From Macrostomum lignano (lineage: Eukaryota), in NCBI GenBank assembly GCA_002269645.1, contig NIVC01000521.1:1-64000 (forward strand): 64,000 nucleotides of DNA, given 5' to 3'. The notes beneath the pieces were generated by a model. It saw only the letters and a list, made by a program, of their open reading frames with translations. It was not told the origin of the DNA and did not search any database. The translations under genes and the position numbers were made by a program. This document shows positions 26,496 through 38,084 of the stretch, piece after piece. How positions within the stretch are numbered: position 1 is the stretch's first letter; every line of letters begins with the position of its first letter.

Positions 26496-27699
26496 TTTAG
26501 CTCGTCAGAGTAGCTAGTCAGAATGCAGCATACTGTTTGCTAGTTTCAGTTGAAATTAAACCTTGATATAAAATTCCTCATCATCTAGGTCAAGAACTCG
26601 CGGACCAATAGGACGAATTGACCAACGGGTGTTCCTTGAGGAAAGAGTAAATTCTCACGGGTGGTCTAGTAAGGAAAGCACCAGTTCTCCCTGCTGGCCC
26701 ATGCACAGAAACTGAGCGATTGGTTATTCTGTTTGGGGATAGACTAATGCTGAATGGTCAACAAACCGCGCTGGTGATCGATGGCTGTAAACCACAGCTC
26801 GATTCTAGACATAGGAAAGGTACAAGGCCTCCTGCATACTAGCAAAGTTTAGAAACTTTCTATGGTGGCAGCTTAGCGGAGACATGGCAGATGAGCTGCC
26901 TAATTCGGCACTTTATTGGGACTTCTAGATCTTGCCTCCCGATCCAATCATTTCAGCAATTCTTCATCATTAGGTCGTGCTTAAGTGCGCAGCCGACATT
27001 TTTCTCGCATCGATGAGTTCTAACTTGCCATTAAGAGAAGCTCAGACAAGAGTCAATGGGGAGGGAGACGCAGCGAGGAGGCAAAAATGTCATAGCCGGA
27101 AGGCGGGCCGCGAGGAGCTTCGTGCCAAGTGCAGCGACGCGGGGAGAAAGTAGCAGTTCAGTCAAGCGAAAGCTCACTGGGCTGGCTTCCGCAACAAACC
27201 TAGCAGTGGGGATTTTGTAGTCTCACAGTGCAGACTTTCTTCGCAGGCATGTGCGATTCTGAAACTACAAATAACTGGCTTAGCAAGGGTACGAGCGCAT
27301 TTATCCGGGATCAGTCGCTTTTAAAACTTCTAGGACTTCGCATCGTCGAATAGCGGTAACGCCATAACGACGAAATTTTACATTGTGGAAACTCATTCAT
27401 CATTATCTCTAATATCCAATCAGAGATCCTCTGATATCCAGGTATTATAATCCCTAATTAGAAATCCAATGTAATTTCCACGTTTTAAACGACCACCGGA
27501 CAAATTTTGAGGCAATTCTGCCCATTCCGCTGACTCCTGAGCAAATACATGTACTCAGCAACATCGAAAAGTCGCCATCACGGAAGATTCCGTCTGTGGT
27601 CGCCATTTTTGAGAGTGCAGGTGTAAAGTCTCTCAATCTTAGCGAGTGACGCAACTTAGCTACGCCGCGGTAGACTCTTGAGTTGAGGAATGAAATGGG

Positions 27700-27997
27700 G
27701 GGGAGCGGTGTGCGAAGGTTGGACGGATTACGATTGGGCCAGATGTGCTGTGCAACCGACAGCTCAGCCGCAGCTATTGCGCAGCGTATCTGAAAGCTGC
27801 ATACGGCTGTTCAGTCCAAGGACTGGGGGTCGCCACACACCCTCAATTACCCCAGCTAATGCTGGCACCCATTTTACAGCTGGGTGAACTGAAGCAATGC
27901 AGAGTTAAATGTCTTGCTCAAGGACACAAATTGTTCCAGTGGAATCGGAAATCGAACCGCCGACCTTCAAGTCGTGAGTTCAACGCTCTAACCACTA
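27700..27997 (-). mobile_element. tRNA-derived CORE-like SINE, family A
   Basis: Minus strand reads TAGTGGTTAGAGCG (A box), GGTTCGATT (B box), then TGTGTCCTTGAGCAAGACATTTAACTCT..CAGTTC..CTGTAAAATGGG, resembling the CORE domain of MIR-type SINEs. A second copy is at 33145-33340. Confidence 0.75.
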
Positions 27998-29431
27998 GAC
28001 TACAACCCCTAGCTATGTCCCCTGCAATGCACAAGCTACTCTTCTGTGCCAACCAACTGAAGCAACCTAAACTTCGTGTAGCTCGAGTTAAAAAAAAAGC
28101 AAACAAACACAAACTCGGCCCACAGATGCAGTTTTCCTATAACATATAGAAGTGTATGCGTATAGTAACACAAACCAAAAGCGTTCTAGTATTAGTGACA
28201 CTTATATTCAAGCACTAAATAACGTATATATTTATTTTTAAAAAGGTAAGAGACGGGATAGCGCAGCTGTATGATGAGCAGGAAACAAATGTGCCTTACT
28301 AAAAGTGATTTGGAAAGAGAGGTCTACCCGAGAGAGAAATAAAGAAAAAGCACACGCGAATAACGAAATATTAATATTGTAAATCTATAGCGCGACAGTA
28401 CACGACTATCTAGATAAAAACCGTTAACGACAGCCGGCTTAGAAGACTGCAGAAACCGAGCAGAGAACGCGGCACTCCCTCTTCCTTGTCTGCTGAGTCC
28501 AATTTATAAAAAAATGTTTTTAAAAAAACGTTTCTTCACACCAAAATAAGGTTTGCACAAACACTACGAACGTACTACAAATATTGATATATAACAATAC
28601 AGCAGAAGAAAAGCGTACCTGAAGCAAAAACAGACTTATACAAAAGCAAATACGAGTACAATAATAATAGTAATAGTAATATAATAACATAGTGCAGGCC
28701 GCGTCATCTGGTTTATAAATATTAACTAATTATTGATTCCGGGTCGTGGCGGATTGTGAGACACGAGGATATACGAAAACTATTAATTGGAAACAGGCTT
28801 TCATAAGCGTAGAAAATGAGGAACACAAATATTCCATATTTTTGGTTGTCTATTAACTTTCTCAAAGCTAAGGCAATTACAGAGACGAATACGCGCGCGG
28901 ACACAACCAGGAAACAATAGAAGAGCAGGAATTGGAGGACAAAAGATATAAAATAGATAATGTAAAAAAAATTAAAGCGGAAAAATACTAACACAGCAAT
29001 ATGGAAAAGTTACTTATTCCAAACTGATTCATAATTAGGCCAGAAAAGCGTATTGACAAAATGGTTTCACACATTAATCTCTCTTCAAATCTACTGCGTA
29101 GCGAATTAAGGACCACAAAGAAGCACTGTGATGCCAATTTAAACATATAAAGTGCAAGGTAAAACCGAGGCAGAGAAGGCTACACAAATTGCGCGTACAA
29201 GTAAATGAAAGAGAAAAAACAGTTAACAAAAACAACAGTAAATTATTCTAAAGAGATCAAAAGGTAGACTAAATACGATATTGTGCAGCGATCAGAAGAC
29301 GAGTTACAAGTCTGTGATGGAGTGCGCTTTCTAATAAACAGACCAGACCCCTTTGGCAAGCGAATTGCGGCTCACTCTGCGCTATAAAGTGTGCGGGAAA
29401 AGGAAAGAGGAATGGCCAAAGGTTTGAGAGC

Positions 29432-30350
29432 TTGAGGGATGGCCATATAATCGATAAACCTCAACTCCCTCCAGGCCAAAGGAAGCTAGTCAACAGCGTT
29501 AAAATAGTATACGGGGAAGGAAAGCGGAATGGGGGCTGAGGGATGGCCATATAATCGATAAACCTCAACTCCCTCCAGGCCAAAGGAAGCTAGTCAACAG
29601 CGTTAAAATAGTATACGGGGAAGGAAAGCGGAATGGGGGCTGAGGGATGGTCATAAAATCGATAAACCTCAACCCCTCACCAGCGCCAAAGGAGGTTTGG
29701 ACGCTAGTCAACAGCGATAAACAAGTCGCGGGAACGAAAGAGGAATCGGGGTTGAGGGATGGCCATAAAATAGAGAAACCTCAACCCTCAAACCCCCCCC
29801 CCACCAGCGCCAAAGGAGGGTTTGAAGCTAGTCAACAGCAATAAACGAGTATGCGGGGAACGAAAGAGGAATGGGGGTTGAGGGATGGCCATAAAATAGA
29901 AAAACCTCAACCCTCACCCCCCCCACCAGCGCCAAAGGAGGGTTTGAAGCTAGTCAACAGCGATAAGTTAGTACATGGGGAAGGAAAGCGGAATGGGGGC
30001 TGAGGGATGGCCATAAAATAGAAAAGCCTCAACCCTTACCCCCACCAGCGCCAAAGGAGGGTTTGAAGCTAGTCAACAGCGATAAATTAGTACGTGGGGA
30101 AGGAAAGAGGAATGGGGGCTGAGGGATGGCCATTAAATCGATAAACCTCAACGCCCCAGCGCCAAAGGAGGTTGGAAGCTAGTGAACAGCGACTAACTAG
30201 TATATGGGGAAGGAAGGAGGAATGGGGGCTGAGGGATGGCCATTAAATCGATAAAACGCAACCCCTCACCAGCGCCAAAGGAGGTTTGGAAGCTAGTTAA
30301 AAACGGTAAAATAGTATGCGGGGAAGGAAAGAGGAATGGGGCATGAGGGT
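29432..30350. repeat. Tandem repeat of about 105-125 bp, about 8 copies (GAGGGATGGCCAT..CCTCAACCC..GCCAAAGGAGG..AAGCTAGTCAACAGCG..GGAATGGGGG)
   Basis: Diverging tandem copies; the first two are near-identical. Confidence 0.92.
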
Positions 30351-31946
30351 AGTGTTAATTACTTAACTTACGCTCGTAAGAAAAATGTGGCAGACACTTA
30401 CTTGCTAGGCCGCTGGACTATAACAATAGTTTAGTTCTCTATTTTTTTAAACTTACAATTCGCGCTTCGAGATCTCTATTAGATTGGCCCCAGGTTACCG
30501 AACTACACGAACGGACTACTTAAGATTATACGAGTAGTATTGTGAGAGTAAAAAAGCTACGCGTACCAAGAAACAATTAAATTTACAAATAATATACACG
30601 AAAAGAGTTTACTAAAATATTAAATGATAAATGCACAGAAAACGAGACATAGATAGACAGACAAACAGAAGGGAGAATGATAATATAGAGTTGTTAAGCA
30701 GCACTGAACTAAAGAATTCCACCTTAACGCTACATTAATAATTTCATGTGCAACTAACTGCTGGTTTAACCAATTGTGTTTTTCGCTTGGATGCCAATAG
30801 ATAAACAAGGTTGCCATTAGAAACAGGTAAAACACTGCCGATAATACAAAGAAATAATTATTCAATCAATATTACAAAGCTGATTATAAATAATAAAAGA
30901 GAGTTGACACACGGAAACCGAGACAAAAAAAATCAACTGCGACATTTGACAACAAAATTAAAAGCGCACAAAAATCGAAAGAAAACTTCTCAAACTAGAG
31001 TAAAATTATTTAGAATTTTTTCTGTTAATAACAAGCAGCTACCGCATACACTACTGCTAGAGCTATACTACTTATTGACAGTTAGTGCTGTAGGCTATTG
31101 ATTAACTCAGCATCATATATATAATTCCCATATTACAAACGAATCGGCCATGACGAAAAGAAATTATTAAACTGATTATACAAGAACTGAACGCACAGTA
31201 CGAGCAAAGCTAGGACTTAATATTAATAATCAAAAAAGTAAATAAATATTAATTGAAAAAAACTTTGCTGGCGAGGCAACGGAGGCTGGCTAAAAGAAGC
31301 GCACAGTTTACTCAACAAAATATACAGCAGAGACGGACAGCTTAGATTACATAAAGTGTTAAGTGAACGCATTACCAGTACTGTGTTGCTTCTGATAAAG
31401 AAGATAGTTAAAACTAATTGATTTTTAATAAGATGGTTACTTTAAGGTGGAGAAAATCAATCAAACAGGACAAACCCGATCCCAACTGAACCTAATTAAC
31501 ATAGTAATTATTAATTAAGAAAATGACAATAACAAAACGGTTATAAATAATACATTAAGCTACTAAACTTGACAGGTCCTAAGTGACGTGCGGGAATATT
31601 TATTAATATTTTATTGAGGGAGAAAACAATAAATAATTCAAGGGTGGCACGGAAGACACTAAAGCACAGACAGACGGACATGCTGTATTAATAGAGGGAC
31701 AGCTATAGAAACAGCTTAATATAGACAAAAGAAAGCTTATAAATAAATAGACGCTATTGCTGGATCATGGGTAAGCAGCTAATTAGGGAGGCAGACTAAT
31801 ATGGGGCCAGTCAGTCCTGCTCAGGGGGAGAGGGGGAGAACCAAACACACCGAGTCTTAAATAAAATAATCCCGAAGAGGCGAAGCGACACTCCTATGTC
31901 GCGGATTATTAGTGCCATTTTTCTTTGTCCTTTTCGATTTTTTCTT

Positions 31947-33080
31947 TCAGTGGCGACGAACTCGGTAAGCGGCGGCCGCGGCGGCGGCGGCGGCAGCTGC
32001 GGCTGCCATCTGCTGCTGATGTTGCTGATGCTGCTGCTGATGATGCTGCTGCTGCTGATGATGCAGCTGATGATGATGATGCTGCGGCTGCGGCTGCTGC
32101 TGAGCCAGCTGATGATGCGGCTGGTGCTGGTGCTGGTGATGATGCTGCGGCTGCTGACCCAGCTGGTGGTGGTGCTGCTGCTCGGGGGCCGCGGTAGCCG
32201 GGTACATGGGGCGCAGGGCGGCAGCGGTGGCGAACGGCATGGCCAGCAGGGCTGGCTGGCCTCCAGCAGCGGCGGCAGGCAGCGGGCCGACCAGCAGTTT
32301 GTCCGGCTGCTGCACCAGCTGCACCGGGTACATCTGCTGCCACAGCAGCTGCAGGTGATAATTATGCGCCTCGGCCACGTGGCGGCTGAGCTCGCGGCGA
32401 AGGCGGCTAGCGGCCGGGCAGCCGAACTTATTGAACGGGCAGAGCAGCAGAGACAGCGGGCAGGCCTTCTCAAGGTGGTCCTGCAGGCGCTGTGGCCCGG
32501 CCAGGACTAGGCCGCACCGGTTCGGACAGGGCAGAGGGAAAGCCGGACAGCCAAATAGCAAATGAAAATTGAGCTGCCTATAGGCTGTGCTGTGCTGACA
32601 GAACGGGCAGGCGACTGAGGCCGAAGCCTCGGCGCACTGACAGGCGGCAGCAGCGGCGGCGGCGGCGGATTTCTCCGCGTTGGCGGCGGCTCCGTCAGTC
32701 GAAGAGTCGTCCGAAGCGGTCAGGTGAGCGGCCAGGTGAGCGGCCAGAGTGCCCAGCTCGCAATGGGTCCGACACCTCGGACAGTGCACAAGCAGCTGTT
32801 GGACCTCGCGATCGGTGGCCAAATCGCTGAACACGCCGGCTCCCTGGACGGCGGCCGGGTTGGCGTGGGCGCCCTCGCCGATGGGCGACCGGCACAGCGG
32901 GCAGGTTGGCCGGTAGGGCCCGGGGCCGCCGCCAGCCGTGGCCGAATAGAAGCAGCTGTGACAGAACCGATGGCCGCAGCAGGTCTGCAAAGCTGATCGT
33001 AGATGGCCCAGACAAACCGGACACTTTAACCTGTCCGGGACAGGCTGGGCAAATTCCAAGTCTTCGTGTTCGCACATTTG
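31947..33080 (-). CDS. TRAF-like RING and TRAF-type zinc-finger protein with a polyQ/H/A tail and no MATH domain
   Basis: ORF with a C3HC4 RING (CPVC..CCGHRFCHSC..CPLC), DLATDREVQQLLVHCPRC, and TRAF zinc fingers (CPFC..H..CPAFPLPCPNRC..HLEKACP..CPFNKFGC..H). Likely ATG at 33080 (MCEHED). Confidence 0.85.
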   Translation of the reverse strand, partial: QMCEHEDLEFAQPVPDRLKCPVCLGHLRSALQTCCGHRFCHSCFYSATAGGGPGPYRPTCPLCRSPIGEGAHANPAAVQGAGVFSDLATDREVQQLLVHCPRCRTHCELGTLAAHLAAHLTASDDSSTDGAAANAEKSAAAAAAAACQCAEASASVACPFCQHSTAYRQLNFHLLFGCPAFPLPCPNRCGLVLAGPQRLQDHLEKACPLSLLLCPFNKFGCPAASRLRRELSRHVAEAHNYHLQLLWQQMYPVQLVQQPDKLLVGPLPAAAAGGQPALLAMPFATAAALRPMYPATAAPEQQHHHQLGQQPQHHHQHQHQPHHQLAQQQPQPQHHHHQLHHQQQQHHQQQHQQHQQQMAAAAAAAAAAAAAYRVRRH

Positions 33081-33144
33081 CAAGATTGAACACCTGGCTG
33101 AAATGATCAATAGTGAAGAATATAAAGGAGTGTTTAAATTAACT

Positions 33145-33340
33145 GTACCCTAGTGGTCAGAGCGTCGGACTTACGACTGAAAGGTCGGGAGTTCGATTCT
33201 CTACCCACACAGAACAATTTGTGTCCTTGCGCAAGACACTAACTCTGCAGTTGCTTCAGGTCACCCAGCTGTAAAATGGGTGCCAGCCAGCATTAGCTGG
33301 GGTAATTGAGGGCCTGTGGCAACCCCCCCCCACTCCTAAC
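33145..33340 (+). mobile_element. tRNA-derived CORE-like SINE, family A (second copy)
   Basis: TAGTGGTCAGAGCG..GAGTTCGATTC..TGTGTCCTTGCGCAAGACACTTAACTCTG..CTGTAAAATGGG; reverse-complement match to 27700-27997. Confidence 0.78.
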
Positions 33341-33479
33341 TAAACAACCTAAGCCCTATTCTTCCTTATATTGCTACTTATCAGTAGCCCAGTTAAGCAG
33401 AGTTCTAGCTGCGGTTAGTACCGCGTTATCTGATCTTAACGGAGACTTAAAGCAGAGCTCGAAGTCTGGCCCGATGAAA

Positions 33480-33780
33480 ACAGTGCACAGACCAAGCAGC
33501 GTCCCAGAGTTGTTGCAGGTAACACAGACAAAATAGGAAAGAAGTGACTCTAGACGACTCTAAAACGAAAAGATGTCACGGCACAAGTCGATTATGAATT
33601 AGAATCGCATTTCGCATTTATACTAACAACTCTATTTAGTCTACTTGAGTCAGTAGAAAGTTGAGCGCCAACACAGCGACTTTTGAATGACCTTTTGGCG
33701 ACTCCTACGGTTCTGCAACTCACGTGATGCGCTCGTGACTCAACAGTCGCTTGAGTCGTTCATTAGTGTTTAAGGTAACG
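33480..33780. repeat. Interspersed repeat (GTTGCAGGTAACACAG..GAAGTGACTCT[A/G]GACGACTCTAAAACG..CAACTCACGTGA), possible non-autonomous element
   Basis: A homologous copy lies at ~46110-47070, where a LINE fragment splits it. Confidence 0.6.
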
Positions 33781-34729
33781 CTAAGCCCCCAATGCTATAT
33801 CTAGCTGTGCCGTATGAAGAAAATATAAAAAACTAAAGAGGCTGGACAATAAAAGCAGATTATAACAAACAATTTTATAGATAATAATTTAACAATGAGG
33901 TTTTCACAGACACAGATCCGTAAAACCTTGTGACCTTATAAAGCGCTGATAGAATCTAACAGAAAATCTTTCAAATAGCGAAATACAATTTTAATTTTAG
34001 TTGACCAGTATAGGATAGAGAAAAATGGGGATGTAAAATCTATCAGAGAATGACACGAGCGACCCCTAACAGCTGAGCATTCGCAACACGCGTTATTATT
34101 AAAAGCGTGAAAGACGAACAGAGCCTAGTTATACAGGACAACACTACACACGGCTAGTGCACAAAAATTTAACAAACCGGAAGCATGTGCATAATATAGT
34201 ACTCAATAATATAGCAGAACTGATCAGTAGAATATCTGCATCAACGAGATTAGAAAAATAGTAGAAGTTCTATCAATGAAATGCTTTGAAAAATAATTCG
34301 ATAAACGAGACGAATTAAAGTTGCAATGCAATAATAATAACATGAATGGATTGACTGGTGCCCCCCGCGTACACGAACAGACGACATAAATATATGCTTA
34401 TAAACATAGAAGTATTGCGCATAAGACGCTACTCAACTGAGTAGGACTATGGACTAGATAATAAACTGGTGTAAAACATCAGTGCACAAATAATCAGTTA
34501 GACAAATGAATGCTATAAGTTGTAGACCGTCCTTCAATTTAAAATATTCATCAGCCAAAAAAGTATCAATACTGCTAAACTAATGCTACTAATAGGACTA
34601 CTGCTACTACAATACAATAGGTTACTAACACCATGTTTTGCACCACCCCAATAAACTCAAGGCGTAGGCTATAAAGAAAGGATACGTTAGCAAGCAGACG
34701 CTCACACAGGGCGAACAGCTTAAGCCTGA

Positions 34730-35425
34730 AGGGAGTGGGTTGGCCCCTTATCACACAAGCCCGAACCCCAATGGGGGGTTGGCTTCTTATCACACAAGCC
34801 CGAAACCCCAATGGGGGGGGTTGGTCCCTATCACACAAGCCCGAACCCCAATGGGGGGGTTGGTCCCTATCACACAAGCCCGAACCCCAATGGGGGGGGG
34901 GTTGGCCCCTTATCACACAAGCCCGAACCCCAATGGGGGGGGGGTTGGCCCCTTATCACACAAGCCCGAACCCCAATGGGGGGGGGGTTGGCCCCTTATC
35001 ACACAAGCCCGAACCCCAATGGGGGGTTGGCCCCTTATCACACAAGCCCGAACCCCAATGGGGGGCCGGGGTTGGCCTCTTATCACACAAGCCCGAACCC
35101 CAATGGGGGGCCGGGGTTGGCCCCTTATCACACAAGCCCGAACCCCAATGGGGGGTTGGCCGCTTATCACACAAGCCCGAAACCCCAATGGGGGGGTTGG
35201 CCTCTTATCACACAAGCCCGAACCGCAATGGGGGGGTTGGTCCCTATCACACAAGCCCGAACCCCAATGGGGGGTTGGCCCCTTATCACACAAGCCCGAA
35301 ACCCCAATGGGGGGTTGGCCCCTTATCACACAAGCCCGAACCCCAATGGGGGGTTGGCCCCTTATCACACAAGCCCGAAACCCCAATGGGGGGGGGTTGG
35401 CCCCTTATCACACAAGCCCGAACTC
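34730..35425. repeat. ~38-bp minisatellite (GGGGTTGGCCCCTTATCACACAAGCCCGAACCCCAATG)n immediately 3' of the RBR ligase stop codon
   Basis: Tandem units with variable G-run length. Confidence 0.95.
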
Positions 35426-35432
35426 CAAAATC

Positions 35433-37885
35433 TCAGCTCTCAGCCACGGGGCTCTTGGCAAAGAGCCACTCGGGCACAATCGTGCCATCGTCAGAGTCGC
35501 TATCGTCATCCTCGTGCAGCATCACGGTGGTGACGCAACAATAGTACTCAGCCATTGTTGCTGGCGACGAGGAGCAGTCAGTTGCTGCTGCTGGCGAGTT
35601 GCCGGAGACGATGGTGACGCGTCGTTCGGCAGTTGTTGTCGATACGGAATAGGCATCAGCGGCTGCGGCAGCTGCGGCCGCGCGTACGCAGAAAGCATCG
35701 CGCGACAGTTGCGCCTTCCGTCGAAGAGCCCGACGAAGCCGTCGCCGACGCAGAGCGGTGAAAGCGGCGTAGGCGGCAAGCACGCCGGAGCCGACCAGGG
35801 CGGTGCCGAGGCGAGGACCAGCAGCGCCGGTGCGGCGATCAGCTGGACGGCCAGCACGCAGCCGCGGACAAAGCGGCGCAGATGTGGCCGATCCGGCAGC
35901 AGGTTGTAGCGACAGCCCATCACCGACATGCGGGATTTGTGCGAGCCAAGCAGCGGGCAGCGGGCGTAGCGCTGGCCGCACAGGTAGCAAAATCTGGTGC
36001 CGCACTGAGAACACGTCATGGAGTCGCAGCCCTGGCTCTTCTGTATGTAGGCTCCGCAGCCGGGGCACTGACGCGCGTTCCTCTGCGCACCCTGAGCGGC
36101 GTCGCAGCGCTTTGACCAGGCCAGCAGTTCTTGGTCGCTGGCGCGAAACTGCCGACAGGTGACGCCTCGGTGCATTGGCGCGTGGCAGGGGAAGCACCAG
36201 ACTAGGCCGCAGGAGGAGCATTCCACCTGGGAGGTTGGTTTGAAAGGCTCTTACTTTTGATCACAACTTTAGAAGCCACACAGGACAGGAAGGCATTGGA
36301 GGAGACACATCATATGGGACAGACAGGCATCAGAGGAGACACATCATATGGGACAGACAGGCATCAGAGGAGACACATCATATGGGACAGACAGGCATCA
36401 GAGGAGACACATCATATGGGACAGACAGGCATCAGAGGAGACACATCATATGGGACAGACAGGCATCAGAGGAGACACATCATATGGGACGGACAGGCAT
36501 CAGAGGAGACACATCATATGGGACAGGAAGGCATCAGAGGAGACACATCATATGGGACAGGAAGGCATCTGAGGAGACACATCATATGGGACAGGAAGGC
36601 ATCGGAGGAGACACATCATATGGGACAGGAAGGCATCGAAGGAGACACATCATATGGGACAGGAAGGCATCAGAGGAGACACATCATATGGGACAGGGAG
36701 GCATCGGAGGAGACACATCATATCGGACAGGGAGGCATCGGAGGAGACACATCATATGGGACAGGAAGGCATCGGAGGAGACACATCATATGGGACAGGA
36801 AGGCATCGGAGGAGACAGGAAGGCATCGGAGGAGACAGGAAGGCATCGGAGGAGACAGGAAGGCATCGGAGGAGACACATCATATGGGACAGGAAGGCAT
36901 CGGAGGAGACACATCATATGGGACAGGAAGGCATCGGAGGAGACACATCATATGGGACAGGAAGGCATCGGAGGAGACACATCATATGGGACAGGAAGGC
37001 ATCGGAGGAGACACATCATATGGGACAGGAAGGCATCGGAGGAGACACATCATATGGGACAGGAAGGCATCAGAGGAGACACATCATATGGGACAGGGAG
37101 GCATCGGAGGAGACACATCATATCGGACAGGGAGGCATCGGAGGAGACACATCATATGGGACAGGAAGGCATCGGAGGAGACACATCATATGGGACAGGA
37201 AGGCATCAGAGGAGACACATCATATGGGACAGGGAGGCATCTGCAGAGAAGACGCATCACATGGGAGAAGAAGCACAGACCATGGCACAAAGAGACATAC
37301 CTGGAGCGGACGGCGCCAGGCCTTAGCAGACAGTTCAGTTGGGCAGGCGCAGCCTGGGCAAGTCTTACGCAACGGGCCATTAGCCCTAGAGTTATCTAGA
37401 AATCTTTGATAACGCCAGCGCTCATCGGATGGCAGACGGCACATGACCTCTGCCTGCGGCATGATCTTGTCGCACAGCAGATTGGGACAGCCAACGGTAG
37501 TTTGAGCCTGCCGCATGGTCTCCAATGCGTAGGCTGTTAAGCATCTGGCGCAGTAGATTTTAGCGCAGCAGGGTCGGGCAAAGGTACTAACGCAAGCTAG
37601 GCAGATGTCGCAGACTAGGCCAATGCACAGATCGCCCAGCGGTACAATAGCATTGTGCGCATCAGTTTGCCATTCGGCTTTGCCATCGGTAGCGGCTAAA
37701 TGAGCAGCGATAGCTCGATAAGGCAGCGGGTACTGAGCCAGATTTGACAGGCTGGGAGGGCCGCAGCGAACTTGGCCGCGTAACGATTTGGCTAGCCAGC
37801 GTTGCAGACTCTGGCGCGGCACCGATGTTAACTCGTGCGGATCCAGCAGCTCCTCAGCTGGCTGGCTGGCCGCGGCTTCGGCCAA
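35433..37885 (-). CDS. RBR (RING1-IBR-RING2) E3 ubiquitin ligase with C-terminal membrane anchor, RNF217/RNF144-like
   Basis: Exon 37885-37301 has RING1 (CDIC..RPCCAKIYCARC..CPNLLC) and the IBR start (KTCPGC). Exon 36226-35433 has the IBR end (CSSCGLVWCFPCHAPMH..C), RING2 (CPGCGAYIQKSQGCDSMTCSQCGTRFCYLC) and GCRYNLLPDRPHLRRFVRG. A 1-nt frameshift near 35812 lies in the TM segment. There is no in-frame ATG before RING1. Confidence 0.85.
36285..37255. repeat. 34-bp intronic minisatellite (GAGGAGACACATCATATGGGACAGGAAGGCATCG)n
   Basis: Fills the RBR gene intron (37300-36227). Confidence 0.96.
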
Positions 37886-38084
37886 CTGCAGGGCAAAAGC
37901 AGGGTCGGGGATGGGACTTTTTGATTGTCTTTTGATAGGAAGACGTGACTCTCATGTGATCTGCTCTATAGCCGTCTGCTAATACTGAGTAGAGTCAATC
38001 ATGCATGAAAAATTTCTACCACCTAACACTGACAAACTGGGAAGAATTAGATACAGACCTACGGACAGGCAGACAGTAAGAATA

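Noticed and set aside
26520-27660. Possible additional coding exons upstream of the class C receptor
   Set aside because: Only short ORFs with no recognisable homology or consistent splice pattern.
29432-30350. HDV-like or twister ribozyme in the ~120-bp units (..GGAATGGGG; GCCAA..AAGC..GATAAA)
   Set aside because: The required P1/P1.1 or T1 pseudoknot pairings could not be built by hand. Kept only as a structured-repeat finding.
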